64,000 bases of DNA from a virus. Its lineage: Duplodnaviria > Caudoviricetes. Of this stretch, positions 36,614-45,678 are shown one piece after another (positions within the stretch are counted from its first letter, which is position 1; each line of letters begins with the position of its first letter). Under the pieces are notes generated by a model. The model was not told the DNA's origin, ran no database searches, and saw only the letters and a list, made by a program, of their open reading frames with translations. The translations under genes were made by a program, and so were the position numbers. Location: IMG/VR virus record IMGVR_UViG_3300022848_000005. One strand, written 5' to 3'.

Positions 36614-37335
36614 TGCAAAAACTCTATCGTACCAACTACGAAGGTGAGTTTGTAGTAGACGGATTTACTGTTCAAGGTGGCACACGCACTGAAAATCGAG
36701 TCTTTATACCAAACACTATAGTTAACAATGCACATACTACAAATGCGATTGTAATTGGCAACGGTATCTCTAGAGCTAAACTAAATCTTAAAAAAATAGA
36801 AAATCATAGTGGCGGACATCTGGGTAAGCATCGTTTACAAAGTTATGGATGCAACGCAGTCTACCGGGATATGTCACCTGACTTTTTAATTAGCACTAAT
36901 AATTTTATGGTAACTGAGCTTGTAAACAGCGGTTACACGAAGGATCATATAGTTTTAGCCAATGCTACAAATTGTAGGATGCATGCTGGGGAGTTACATC
37001 TTATCCCGTATGGCATTAACATAAGCGCAGGTGCAATGGCTACATATATGGCATGTTTTGACGGACATAAAAAAATATACCTACTTGGTTTTGATAATCA
37101 TAACGGTATAAACAACAACAACATTTATGCTGGTACAAAAAACTATCAAGATTCTTCATATCCTGCGAGAAGTCAAAAATGGGAAGGGCAAATGACTCGG
37201 TTATTCAACACTTACGACGACGTAGATTTTGTCTGGATACTAGGAGGCACAACTATTTTTCCAGAAGAATGGAAATATTGTCTTAACTTAAGACAGGCAT
37301 CTCAGCGAGATCTTGTGCTAGAAGCAGACCTATAA
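36613..37335 (+). CDS. Hypothetical protein, paralogue of 24065-24649
   Basis: VIGNGISR, YGCNAVYRDMSPDFLISTN, SAG and YLLGFD motifs. Confidence 0.55.
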   Translation: MQKLYRTNYEGEFVVDGFTVQGGTRTENRVFIPNTIVNNAHTTNAIVIGNGISRAKLNLKKIENHSGGHLGKHRLQSYGCNAVYRDMSPDFLISTNNFMVTELVNSGYTKDHIVLANATNCRMHAGELHLIPYGINISAGAMATYMACFDGHKKIYLLGFDNHNGINNNNIYAGTKNYQDSSYPARSQKWEGQMTRLFNTYDDVDFVWILGGTTIFPEEWKYCLNLRQASQRDLVLEADL

Positions 37336-37758
37336 TACTTGTTTTATAGTTTCTAGTTTTTCTTTAACCACATCAAAATTAAATGTTTTCCAAACACCTG
37401 GGTGTAACGGCTTAGGATGATCTTCTATGTGTACCCAACAATACCCTTTGTGTTCGTGGTTTAGTATGGGCGTAAACTCAGTTGCAACGGACAGTAGTAC
37501 TGTGTGATATACAAATTTTTGATTTTCGCTAGTAAACGTCTCTATGGGTATAATTTTATCATATATGATCTTTTGACCCAATTCTTCTTCGCACTCACGC
37601 TCTAGTGCCTGTACTGTAGACTCACCGCTCTCAAATTTGCCACCAGGAAGACCCCACGTGTTGCCGTAACTGCACTTATCTCTTAACAAGAATAAGTATC
37701 TTCCAGTATTATTTGATCTTACTAATGCACCACAACTGTTTATATTGCGAGGCTCCAA
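37330..37758 (-). CDS. NUDIX hydrolase
   Basis: Nudix box WGLPGGKFESGESTVQALERECEEELG. Confidence 0.9.
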   Translation of the reverse strand: MEPRNINSCGALVRSNNTGRYLFLLRDKCSYGNTWGLPGGKFESGESTVQALERECEEELGQKIIYDKIIPIETFTSENQKFVYHTVLLSVATEFTPILNHEHKGYCWVHIEDHPKPLHPGVWKTFNFDVVKEKLETIKQVL

Positions 37759-39152
37759 AAGCCCTCCTTGTATTGACCTTCATAAGACCTAACCCACGTT
37801 GAGCCAGTCCACTTAAATTGATAATTCGTATTTAGGTTGCTTACATAATGTATGCCTGCTTCGGTGCTTGCGTCAAAACTAACAGACCAACGACTGCCAT
37901 CGTATTCAATAATATCATTTTTCCCAGCAATTGGATCGTCAGTACTGCTGTCTGGCTCTAGGCCTTTCCAGGCATCTGCACCGTCAAAATTGTTGGCATC
38001 ACCTATAGCATTAATAAGCAAATATCTAGTACCTGCGGTAGGAGCACTTAAGACACTGTTTGGTCCTACTCTTTCCGGATCTATAATTGCGTTTACGGGA
38101 TTAATGTCATTTGTTGGCACTGTATCCTCATCTATTGTGACCAGCAACAAACTTTCATCTGTGGGGTGTAATGCTACTGTGCCCACAACTTCGGACCCGT
38201 TTTCGTCAGTTTCAAGTCTAATTTGACTGATTCCGGCCCTTAACTCTCCAAAAAGGTTAATAAAACTAGGCCAATCAGTCCTAGTGCCTACTTTAGTTAC
38301 AGTAGTGTCTCCTATACTGCTAGTGGCTTCTGTAACGGTGTCTTCTAACTTCAGTAACTGCGCCTGCCCGTTGAGGTATAATACCCCATAGTTTTGAGGA
38401 GAGATTCTTTTTCGTGTTATTAAGTTGCCAACATCTTGAAATAAACTAGGATCAAATTCACCTTGCATATCCCATATACCAGTGGCAATCCGTTCAATAA
38501 CACCAAGTTTTTTAACTTTAGCAGGTGCGCTTATAAAGATAGGTATCTCAAATGTTAGTGTAGCATAATCAATATTATCGTCTACGCCTTGCGGTATCGA
38601 CCTATTAGTCCACAATGTATCTATTAGGTTTACAGTACTTAGACTAGTCCAGTCAACATAATTGTCTGTGCTTTGTATTTCTAAACTAGGGTTAAACAAT
38701 ACCAGCATTTGTTCCAGTATCTGTAATTTTTGTTCTGTGTTACTTGTCCATATATCTGCTTTTAATGTCAGTCTATACGGTACAGGCATCATTCGCTCAA
38801 TAGTAAATGCATTGCCTTGTATGTTTAAGTAACTGTCTGTATCTGGGTCGTACTTGCGTTCCCTAACTCCAATCTTACTAATAAAGTTTGGTTCTTGTAC
38901 ACGTTGTCTGTCGTACTGTAAGCCACTTATGTAGCAACTAATCATTGGCACATTCGACATTGTGTTTTCGCTGTTGCCACGCAGTATCTGCGAACCCTGT
39001 CTTGAAACGTCACCGTATCGTACAGGCACTCTCTGTAAAACTCTGGAATTGTTTTCGTCCTTGCCAAACTGTACTTCAAAATTTGATAAGACCCTTATAA
39101 ATTGCAATAAGAATCTACGTATTTGTTCATCATAAAAAAATGCTTGAGACAT
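37740..39152 (-). CDS. gp15: Tail sheath stabiliser/terminator, gp15-like
   Basis: FFYDEQIRRF, VPVRYG, MPVPYRL..DIWTSN and QILEQMLVLFNPSLEI motifs. Confidence 0.75.
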   Translation of the reverse strand: MSQAFFYDEQIRRFLLQFIRVLSNFEVQFGKDENNSRVLQRVPVRYGDVSRQGSQILRGNSENTMSNVPMISCYISGLQYDRQRVQEPNFISKIGVRERKYDPDTDSYLNIQGNAFTIERMMPVPYRLTLKADIWTSNTEQKLQILEQMLVLFNPSLEIQSTDNYVDWTSLSTVNLIDTLWTNRSIPQGVDDNIDYATLTFEIPIFISAPAKVKKLGVIERIATGIWDMQGEFDPSLFQDVGNLITRKRISPQNYGVLYLNGQAQLLKLEDTVTEATSSIGDTTVTKVGTRTDWPSFINLFGELRAGISQIRLETDENGSEVVGTVALHPTDESLLLVTIDEDTVPTNDINPVNAIIDPERVGPNSVLSAPTAGTRYLLINAIGDANNFDGADAWKGLEPDSSTDDPIAGKNDIIEYDGSRWSVSFDASTEAGIHYVSNLNTNYQFKWTGSTWVRSYEGQYKEGFWSLAI

Positions 39153-40360
39153 TATTCGTTATCTGCCTTAGGTGTGAGTACATCGCTGAGTCCTTGACGC
39201 TCGTCATACGTCTTGCCGTCAATCGTTGTATATGTGTTAGCGTTATTAACAAACCCGCTACGTTGTGTTTGATTGCTTGCACCTGGTGTAAGACTTGTTC
39301 TAACATCGTCCTCAACCTTAACCCAACGTGTTCCGTCGTATCTAAACAAGCGATTTGGTTTGTAGTCTAAGCGTAGTGCAAAGTCGCCTTGCACAGGATT
39401 TGTTGGGAATGTAGTGCCTGAGCTTACTGGGAAGCCATTTGGTGCTAATCCATCGCCAGCCAAGTACCCTTGTGTATCACGTCTTGGCGTTACACGAGTT
39501 AGGTCTGAACTGTTTACAGAATCATCACTTGCCAGACTTGTATCATCAGCAGTCTTACCTTTAGGATTAAGGGCTTTACCGTTTTCGTCAGTAGGCACTA
39601 CATAGAATCTACTGGTATCATAACCGCTTTCAGGAACTTCCGCTTCTGCCTGTGCAACAATAGCGTCATTAATTTCAATATTCTTATTGTATTGACTTAG
39701 TAAGTCTGACAGAGATGTGTCCGAACCTGTTGGATTATACTCCTCGTCAGTACTACCCTTAATCTTATTAATAATATCCTTGTATTCTTGACTGTCCACT
39801 AGCGGTGTTACTTTACACCGCCATAAGTGACTCCACCAACTAGCACCAAAGCCTTGTGCGTCCCTAGTTGCGTCTTGTATAACATAATATCTTTTAAGCG
39901 TGGCAGGTACTTCGTCGTCAAGTGGATGATAGTCTACTAAGTTTTGAAACTCTAAGACGTCACCATTCATGAGCTTACGTCCTAGTATATTAATCATTTG
40001 GTTATAGTGGAATGTTATGAAGACAGTATCACCCGCATTCATTAAACCAAACTGTGTTAAATCAAAGTCTTGACTTACGGGGGAGTAAACACCACGCATA
40101 TTGTAAATGCTGGTATCATACTTGCGGTCTCTGTTCTCTAAGAACAAGAAATCCTGTATGTTTTTTTCACTTTGATTAGTGTAGTTTGGTGCTGTCGCAT
40201 CTGCTAGATCACCCGTTTCTCCACTAGCCGCATCTGGACCTAAATATTTGTGTACATTTATACCAACCCCACCCACCGTAAACATCTCGTTGATGTTCTG
40301 ATCAAAGAATTTGTAGTCTGCGGTATGCTTACCGTCTTTCCATAAGCTAAGTCTGGGCAC
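39152..40360 (-). CDS. gp14: Neck protein, gp14-like
   Basis: IQDFLFLENRDRKYD, FDLTQFGL and LGRKLMNGDVLE motifs. Confidence 0.7.
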   Translation of the reverse strand: MPRLSLWKDGKHTADYKFFDQNINEMFTVGGVGINVHKYLGPDAASGETGDLADATAPNYTNQSEKNIQDFLFLENRDRKYDTSIYNMRGVYSPVSQDFDLTQFGLMNAGDTVFITFHYNQMINILGRKLMNGDVLEFQNLVDYHPLDDEVPATLKRYYVIQDATRDAQGFGASWWSHLWRCKVTPLVDSQEYKDIINKIKGSTDEEYNPTGSDTSLSDLLSQYNKNIEINDAIVAQAEAEVPESGYDTSRFYVVPTDENGKALNPKGKTADDTSLASDDSVNSSDLTRVTPRRDTQGYLAGDGLAPNGFPVSSGTTFPTNPVQGDFALRLDYKPNRLFRYDGTRWVKVEDDVRTSLTPGASNQTQRSGFVNNANTYTTIDGKTYDERQGLSDVLTPKADNE

Positions 40361-40391
40361 TATTTTAGTCCTTATTGCTATATTTAGCTGA

Positions 40392-40420
40392 TTGACAACT
40401 GGTCGGAATGGTTGTATAAT
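40392..40420 (+). promoter_or_regulatory. Consensus sigma70 promoter
   Basis: TTGACA, 17-nt spacer, TATAAT. Confidence 0.8.
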
Positions 40421-40452
40421 ATATGATAACTAATAAAAACAGTGAGGATATT

Positions 40453-41577
40453 ATGGCAAAGGCAAGATTTGAGGTACCTAAATTAAGCAAACTTAAGTTT
40501 GATGCTGACCTAATTGCTACCTGGGCACCAGAAGAACGAAAACATCAAGTTGGTAAGTTCTTAAATCATTATGGATATTCATATAGTATAAAAGAGTTAA
40601 AGAAACACATAGCGAGGTGGATGCAAAGTACACTTGAGTACGATCCAAAAGATGTTGCTAATTTAGTTTCTGGACCAGATGGTTGGTTTCCTGGTACCTT
40701 AGGGCGTTTGGGCAAAGCCCGGTCTGATGGGTGGGTGTTTGATAAGCATGAACTTGCGTATATTAAGACTGAAATTAAACATTACCTAACAAAGTGTCTT
40801 GTTAACGCTGAGGTCTCTCCTGGTCCTGCAGTAGGCAAGACACTGCCTGAGCTCACTATTCAGGATAGAATTAAACTAAAAATTAACGAACATATCGGAC
40901 ACTTTGAAGAACAACAGGATTTATTAGCAACCAAGAGTAAGGTTGATCCTGAAGCATTCGCCTATTTAAAGAAAGAGAATGTGTCACAGAATATGCTTAC
41001 TAGCATAGCACAACCTTTCATTGAGCGTATGATTGAATGGCAGGAAGCCAAAGCAGGTACTTGTGAGGATCTTAAAGAAGGATACAGTCACTGGCAAGCA
41101 AAGGATTACAAAAAGTACTTTGCTTTTGTTGAAGCAATACTAGCAGACATCGAAGCCTACGCTAAAACTAAAAAGGCTGTTAAGGTTAATAGGGTTAAGA
41201 AAGCACCCAACAAGCAGAAGATTGTTAGTAAAGTCAAGTATGCTAAAGACAATACACAATATAAGATTGCTAGTGTAGATCCTTTACAAATTATAGGTGC
41301 AACTGAGTTGTATGTGTTTAATGTTAAGACACGAAAACTAGGCAAGTACGTAGCTGACGAACATATGGCTACATTAAATGTTAAAGGCACAACTATTACA
41401 GGGTTCGATACACAAACAAGTACACAAAAGACTTTACGTAAGCCTGAAAGACAGTTGCCTGACTTTATGGGATCCAGTAAAACAGCAAAGCGCAAGTTTT
41501 TACAGGGTATTAAGAGTGTAGAGATACCATGTAATGGTAGGTTAAACTCTGACACTATTCTATTACATGTACAATAA
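40453..41577 (+). CDS. Conserved T4-like hypothetical protein (early promoter)
   Basis: ATG after GAGGA; C-terminal IIGATELYVFNVKTRKLGKY..VKGTTITGFD..QKTLRKPE..GRLN motif. Confidence 0.6.
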   Translation: MAKARFEVPKLSKLKFDADLIATWAPEERKHQVGKFLNHYGYSYSIKELKKHIARWMQSTLEYDPKDVANLVSGPDGWFPGTLGRLGKARSDGWVFDKHELAYIKTEIKHYLTKCLVNAEVSPGPAVGKTLPELTIQDRIKLKINEHIGHFEEQQDLLATKSKVDPEAFAYLKKENVSQNMLTSIAQPFIERMIEWQEAKAGTCEDLKEGYSHWQAKDYKKYFAFVEAILADIEAYAKTKKAVKVNRVKKAPNKQKIVSKVKYAKDNTQYKIASVDPLQIIGATELYVFNVKTRKLGKYVADEHMATLNVKGTTITGFDTQTSTQKTLRKPERQLPDFMGSSKTAKRKFLQGIKSVEIPCNGRLNSDTILLHVQ

Positions 41578-41599
41578 ATACATGTAACAGGATTATATA

Positions 41600-42355
41600 A
41601 TGGCCACACTTATAGAAAAACGACAAGAAATAGAAGAGTACATTAACCTAAGACTAGGTGGTCAGATGGTTGATGTTGAGTTAGATAAGGAGCATTATGA
41701 CCTTGCTATTAATAGGTCACTAACGAGATATAGACAGCGAGCTGAAAATTCTCAGGAGGAAAGTCATGCTTTCCTAGCTCTAAACAAAGATCAAAATGAG
41801 TACATACTACCTAGTGAAATACAAGAAGTACGTCAAGTGTTCAGACGTGGTATAGGTAGTACATCAGGCACAACAGCAAGCCAGTTTGAACCGTTCTCTA
41901 GCGGGTACCTTAACACATATATGTTAGTTGCTGGTAGAGTAGGTGGTTTATTAAACTATGAATTGTTTTCACAATATCAAGAATTAGCAATGAAAATGTT
42001 TGGTGGATTTATTAACTTTACATTTGACAGAAGTACAAAAAAACTTACTATTGTGCGTAAGGTCCCACAGGGCGGCGAAGACGTGTTACTTTGGACATAT
42101 AACTTTAAACCAGATATAACTATACTCAATGACCATATGATTTTTCCCTGGGTACAAGATTATTCTTTAGCACTTGCAAAACACATGTTAGGTGAGGCAA
42201 GAGAAAAGTTTGCACAGATTGCTGGACCGCAAGGTGGCACCAGTTTAAACGGTGCAAGTTTAAAGAGCGAAGCACAAATGGAAATGCAAACACTAGAGCT
42301 TGAAATTCAGAACCAGATGACTGGCACTCAGCCAATGTGGTGGGTTACCGGCTAG
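41600..42355 (+). CDS. gp13: Neck protein, gp13-like
   Basis: LRLGGQMVDVELD, Y.LALAKHMLGEAREKF and GPQGGTSLNG motifs. Confidence 0.85.
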   Translation: MATLIEKRQEIEEYINLRLGGQMVDVELDKEHYDLAINRSLTRYRQRAENSQEESHAFLALNKDQNEYILPSEIQEVRQVFRRGIGSTSGTTASQFEPFSSGYLNTYMLVAGRVGGLLNYELFSQYQELAMKMFGGFINFTFDRSTKKLTIVRKVPQGGEDVLLWTYNFKPDITILNDHMIFPWVQDYSLALAKHMLGEAREKFAQIAGPQGGTSLNGASLKSEAQMEMQTLELEIQNQMTGTQPMWWVTG

Positions 42356-42402
42356 CCTTTTGTATACTTTTGTACTATAATAACTAGATGCAAAAATAAA
42401 TT

Positions 42403-42471
42403 ATGCCTAAAATTGCCGACTTAGAAGTTACCCCAAATCCAAACGCTAGGAAATTTGTACTTATATTATGA
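42403..42471 (+). pseudogene. 22-codon duplicate of the nfu 5' end, with its stop overlapping the sufB start (ATGA)
   Basis: [22 protein letters not shown]; 55 of 60 nt identical to 43990-44049. Confidence 0.85.
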
Positions 42472-43904
42472 ATACAGCAATTGATAACATTGTGAATCAG
42501 CCGTACAAGGCTGGATTCCACACCGAAATCGAGACGGATTCAATGGCTCGTGGTTTGAGCGAAGATGTTATTCGAACGATATCGAGCAAGAAGAATGAGC
42601 CAGATTGGTTGTTAGAGTTTCGTCTTAATGCTTACCGTCATTGGTTGACGATGACAGAGCCAAAATGGCCAAACGTGAGATATCCAAAAATTGATTTTCA
42701 GGACATAATTTATTATTCGGCACCGAAGTCTAAGGCGACCAAGAAGTCCATGGATGAGGTCGATCCAGAGTTATTGAAAACTTTTGAGAAGCTTGGTATT
42801 CCTATGAATGAGCGTGCGGCTTTGGCAGGCGTTGCTGTGGATGTTGTTTTTGATAGTGTTTCTGTAACGACCACCTATAAAGAAAAGTTAGCGGAATACG
42901 GGATCATATTTTGCTCGTTCTCGGAGGCGGTCAGAGACCATCCAGATCTGATTAAGAAGTACCTTGGCAGCGTTGTTCCTTATACCGATAATTTTTATTC
43001 TGCATTAAATTCAGCGGTTTTTACGGACGGTTCGTTTTGTTACATCCCCAAAGGTGTGAAGTGTCCGATGGATCTGTCGACTTACTTTCGCATCAATACT
43101 CAGGACTCGGGTCAGTTTGAAAGGACTCTGATTGTCGCAGAAGAGGGCAGTCAGGTGTGTTACCTAGAGGGTTGCACCGCACCTCAATTTGACACGAATC
43201 AATTGCATGCGGCGGTGGTTGAGCTCATTGCTCTTGATGATGCGGATATTAAGTATTCCACTGTGCAAAATTGGTATGCCGGAGATGAAAATGGCGTTGG
43301 TGGTATCTTTAATTTTGTGACTAAGCGAGGATTGTGCAAAGGTAAAAACTCCAAGATATCTTGGACCCAAGTGGAGACTGGATCAGCGGTGACTTGGAAA
43401 TACCCCTCGTGTATTCTTCTTGGCGATAATTCGGTGGGTGAGTTTTACTCCGTAGCGCTTACTAATCACATGCAACAAGCGGACACTGGAACAAAGATGT
43501 TCCATATTGGCAAGAATACCCGCAGCCGCATTATCAGTAAGGGTATTTCAGCGGGAAAATCTAATAATAGTTATCGTGGTTTGGTGAAGGTGTCACCTAA
43601 AGCCGATGGCGCTCGTAACTATTCTCAATGCGACTCTATGTTGATTGGCGATCTTTGTGGTGCCAATACATTCCCTTACATCGAGGTCGCCAACAAGAGC
43701 TCGATCGTAGAGCATGAGGCAAGCACATCAAAAATTGGTGAAGAGCAGATGTTTTATTTTTCGAGTCGAGGTATCGGTTCTGAAGAAGCTGTTTCTATGA
43801 TTATTAATGGATTCGTTAGAGATGTATTTATGCACTTGCCCATGGAGTTCGCGGTCGAGGCAACAAAATTACTCGGCTTAAAACTGGAAGGAAGTGTTGG
43901 ATGA
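42468..43904 (+). CDS. sufB: Fe-S cluster assembly scaffold SufB
   Basis: Full length: [57 protein letters not shown], ending KLEGSVG. Confidence 0.97.
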   Translation: MNTAIDNIVNQPYKAGFHTEIETDSMARGLSEDVIRTISSKKNEPDWLLEFRLNAYRHWLTMTEPKWPNVRYPKIDFQDIIYYSAPKSKATKKSMDEVDPELLKTFEKLGIPMNERAALAGVAVDVVFDSVSVTTTYKEKLAEYGIIFCSFSEAVRDHPDLIKKYLGSVVPYTDNFYSALNSAVFTDGSFCYIPKGVKCPMDLSTYFRINTQDSGQFERTLIVAEEGSQVCYLEGCTAPQFDTNQLHAAVVELIALDDADIKYSTVQNWYAGDENGVGGIFNFVTKRGLCKGKNSKISWTQVETGSAVTWKYPSCILLGDNSVGEFYSVALTNHMQQADTGTKMFHIGKNTRSRIISKGISAGKSNNSYRGLVKVSPKADGARNYSQCDSMLIGDLCGANTFPYIEVANKSSIVEHEASTSKIGEEQMFYFSSRGIGSEEAVSMIINGFVRDVFMHLPMEFAVEATKLLGLKLEGSVG

Positions 43905-43978
43905 TTATAAAGAATGCAGAAACGATCCTAAGTGTACATAACCTCGTCGCTAGTATTGATGGCACTCAAAAAACTTAA
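43901..43978 (+). pseudogene. sufC: 5' stub of sufC (25 codons)
   Basis: ATGA overlap with the sufB stop; [25 protein letters not shown] resembles SufC N-termini and is truncated before the Walker A motif. Confidence 0.7.
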
Positions 43979-43989
43979 GTAAAAAAATT

Positions 43990-44559
43990 ATGCCTAAAAT
44001 TGCCGACTTAGCAGTTACGCCGAATCCAAACGCTAGGAAATTCGTACTCAAAGAACCTATAACCTATGGTGTGGCCAAGTCATATGAGTCAGCGGAAGAA
44101 GCGGTTGGGGATGAACTTGCGTCTAGTTTGTTTCAAATAGAGAGTGTGGTATCTGTTTTTTATGTCGATAATTGGATTACGGTGACGCAAGACGGCAGTG
44201 CTGATTGGAAAGATTTGATGCGCTCTTTGGCCGAACCAATTCGTTTGGCCCCTGTTGCAACTCAGGTTTCGGAGGAAGCATCGAAAACTGCCACATGGCT
44301 TCAAACGGATGAATCCAGTCTTTCCGAAACGGAACGGGCTCAGCTTGTGCAAATCAATGAATTGCTAGATGACCGTGTGAGGCCATACCTTCAAAGTGAT
44401 GGCGGTGATCTCTATGTTGTAGGCTTAGAGGATAACGTTTTAAGTGTCCATTATCAGGGCGCATGTGGTAGTTGCCCCAGTTCCTTATCTGGAACACTCG
44501 CTGGTATTGCCAGTTTAGTAAGGGAAATCGATCCTAACATCGAAGTTGTAGCGGTATAA
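43990..44559 (+). CDS. Nfu/NifU-like Fe-S carrier (NifU_N scaffold plus NifU C domain)
   Basis: [20 protein letters not shown] and VRPYLQSDGGD..YQGACGSCPSS motifs. Confidence 0.9.
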   Translation: MPKIADLAVTPNPNARKFVLKEPITYGVAKSYESAEEAVGDELASSLFQIESVVSVFYVDNWITVTQDGSADWKDLMRSLAEPIRLAPVATQVSEEASKTATWLQTDESSLSETERAQLVQINELLDDRVRPYLQSDGGDLYVVGLEDNVLSVHYQGACGSCPSSLSGTLAGIASLVREIDPNIEVVAV

Positions 44560-44634
44560 GCTAGAACTGAATGACTTGAGCAACTGGCTAATTTTTCTGT
44601 TTAATTTTATTTCTACTTGTGTTATAATCTATCT

Positions 44635-45258
44635 ATGATTATAGGAATATGTGGGCTGATTGGAACCGGCAAAGACACCGTTGCAGATTACTTGGTAAAT
44701 TTTCATGGTTACAGACGTGATAGTTTTGCTAACCCACTTAAAGATGCTGTTAGTACAATATTTGGTTGGGATAGAGATCTTGTGGAAGGCCGTACAACAA
44801 TGGCTCGCCAATGGCGTGAGCAAGTTGACGAATGGTGGTCGCAAAGACTAGGCATACCCAACTTAACTCCTCGTTATGTCTTACAACAGTGGGGTACCGA
44901 AGTTGTGCGTAAGAGCTTTCACGATGATACCTGGATTGCAAGTTTAGAAAACAAAATACGTAAAAGTAAAGACGACTCTGTTATTACAGATTGTAGGTTT
45001 CCTAACGAGATAAAAATGATTAAAGGTCTGGGCGGCAAAGTTCTCCGTGTTAAACGTGGGGAAGATCCTGTATGGTACAATACCGCAATAGCCGCCAATA
45101 ACGGGGACAAACAAGCAGAGGATCAGATGCACACCCACTTTAAGGTACACATTAGCGAATGGGCGTGGGCAAGTGCAGACTTTAATTATACTGTATTAAA
45201 CAACGGCAGTATAGATGAGCTATATGAAGTACTTAAAAATCTGGTAGTATCTCACTAG
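44635..45258 (+). CDS. gp1: Deoxynucleoside monophosphate kinase, gp1-like
   Basis: MIIGICGLIGTGKDT, SFANPLKD, PRYVLQQWGTEV and VITDCRFPNE motifs. Confidence 0.9.
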   Translation: MIIGICGLIGTGKDTVADYLVNFHGYRRDSFANPLKDAVSTIFGWDRDLVEGRTTMARQWREQVDEWWSQRLGIPNLTPRYVLQQWGTEVVRKSFHDDTWIASLENKIRKSKDDSVITDCRFPNEIKMIKGLGGKVLRVKRGEDPVWYNTAIAANNGDKQAEDQMHTHFKVHISEWAWASADFNYTVLNNGSIDELYEVLKNLVVSH

Positions 45259-45580
45259 GTCGCCAACCTAGGTTCATATTACTTATATCAACTCCGCAAT
45301 TTAAACACACACTGATTAGGTTACTCTTATTGTTGTTGCCTAAATCTCCATCCACGTGCCAGACCATAATTTGTGCCTTGCTTTTAGAGTTGAATCCGCA
45401 CTTCTCACATTGACTCTTTTTCTTATATCCTGCTTGGTGCCACGCAGGTATTTTTGAAGGTTCTTTTCTACGAAGCCTAATACAAGAATCGCACCTAGAT
45501 CTATAGTAAATCTTGTCGTGTTTTTTGTAGTTTACAGCTACTTGGTTCCTATTACAGGCTGGGCATATTCTGCGTTGCAT
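45233..45580 (-). CDS. Small zinc-finger HNH-type protein
   Basis: CPAC..CDSC, CEKCGF and WHVDGDLGNNNKSNLISVCLNC motifs. Confidence 0.7.
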   Translation of the reverse strand: MQRRICPACNRNQVAVNYKKHDKIYYRSRCDSCIRLRRKEPSKIPAWHQAGYKKKSQCEKCGFNSKSKAQIMVWHVDGDLGNNNKSNLISVCLNCGVDISNMNLGWRPSEILPDF

Positions 45581-45642
45581 GTAGTTATTTAATAGATACC
45601 TTTAAAAGGGCGACTAATAGGTGCCATTTTGCTTATAATCAA

Positions 45643-45648
45643 TAAATA
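45643..45648 (+). promoter_or_regulatory. T4-type late promoter core TAAATA (representative of many)
   Basis: The same motif lies just upstream of structural genes at 17202, 18918, 19235, 23457, 24633, 30743, 41575, 48936, 49639, 52210 and 57990. Confidence 0.7.
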
Positions 45649-45678
45649 CTACTAATTAACATATTGAGGATTATTACA

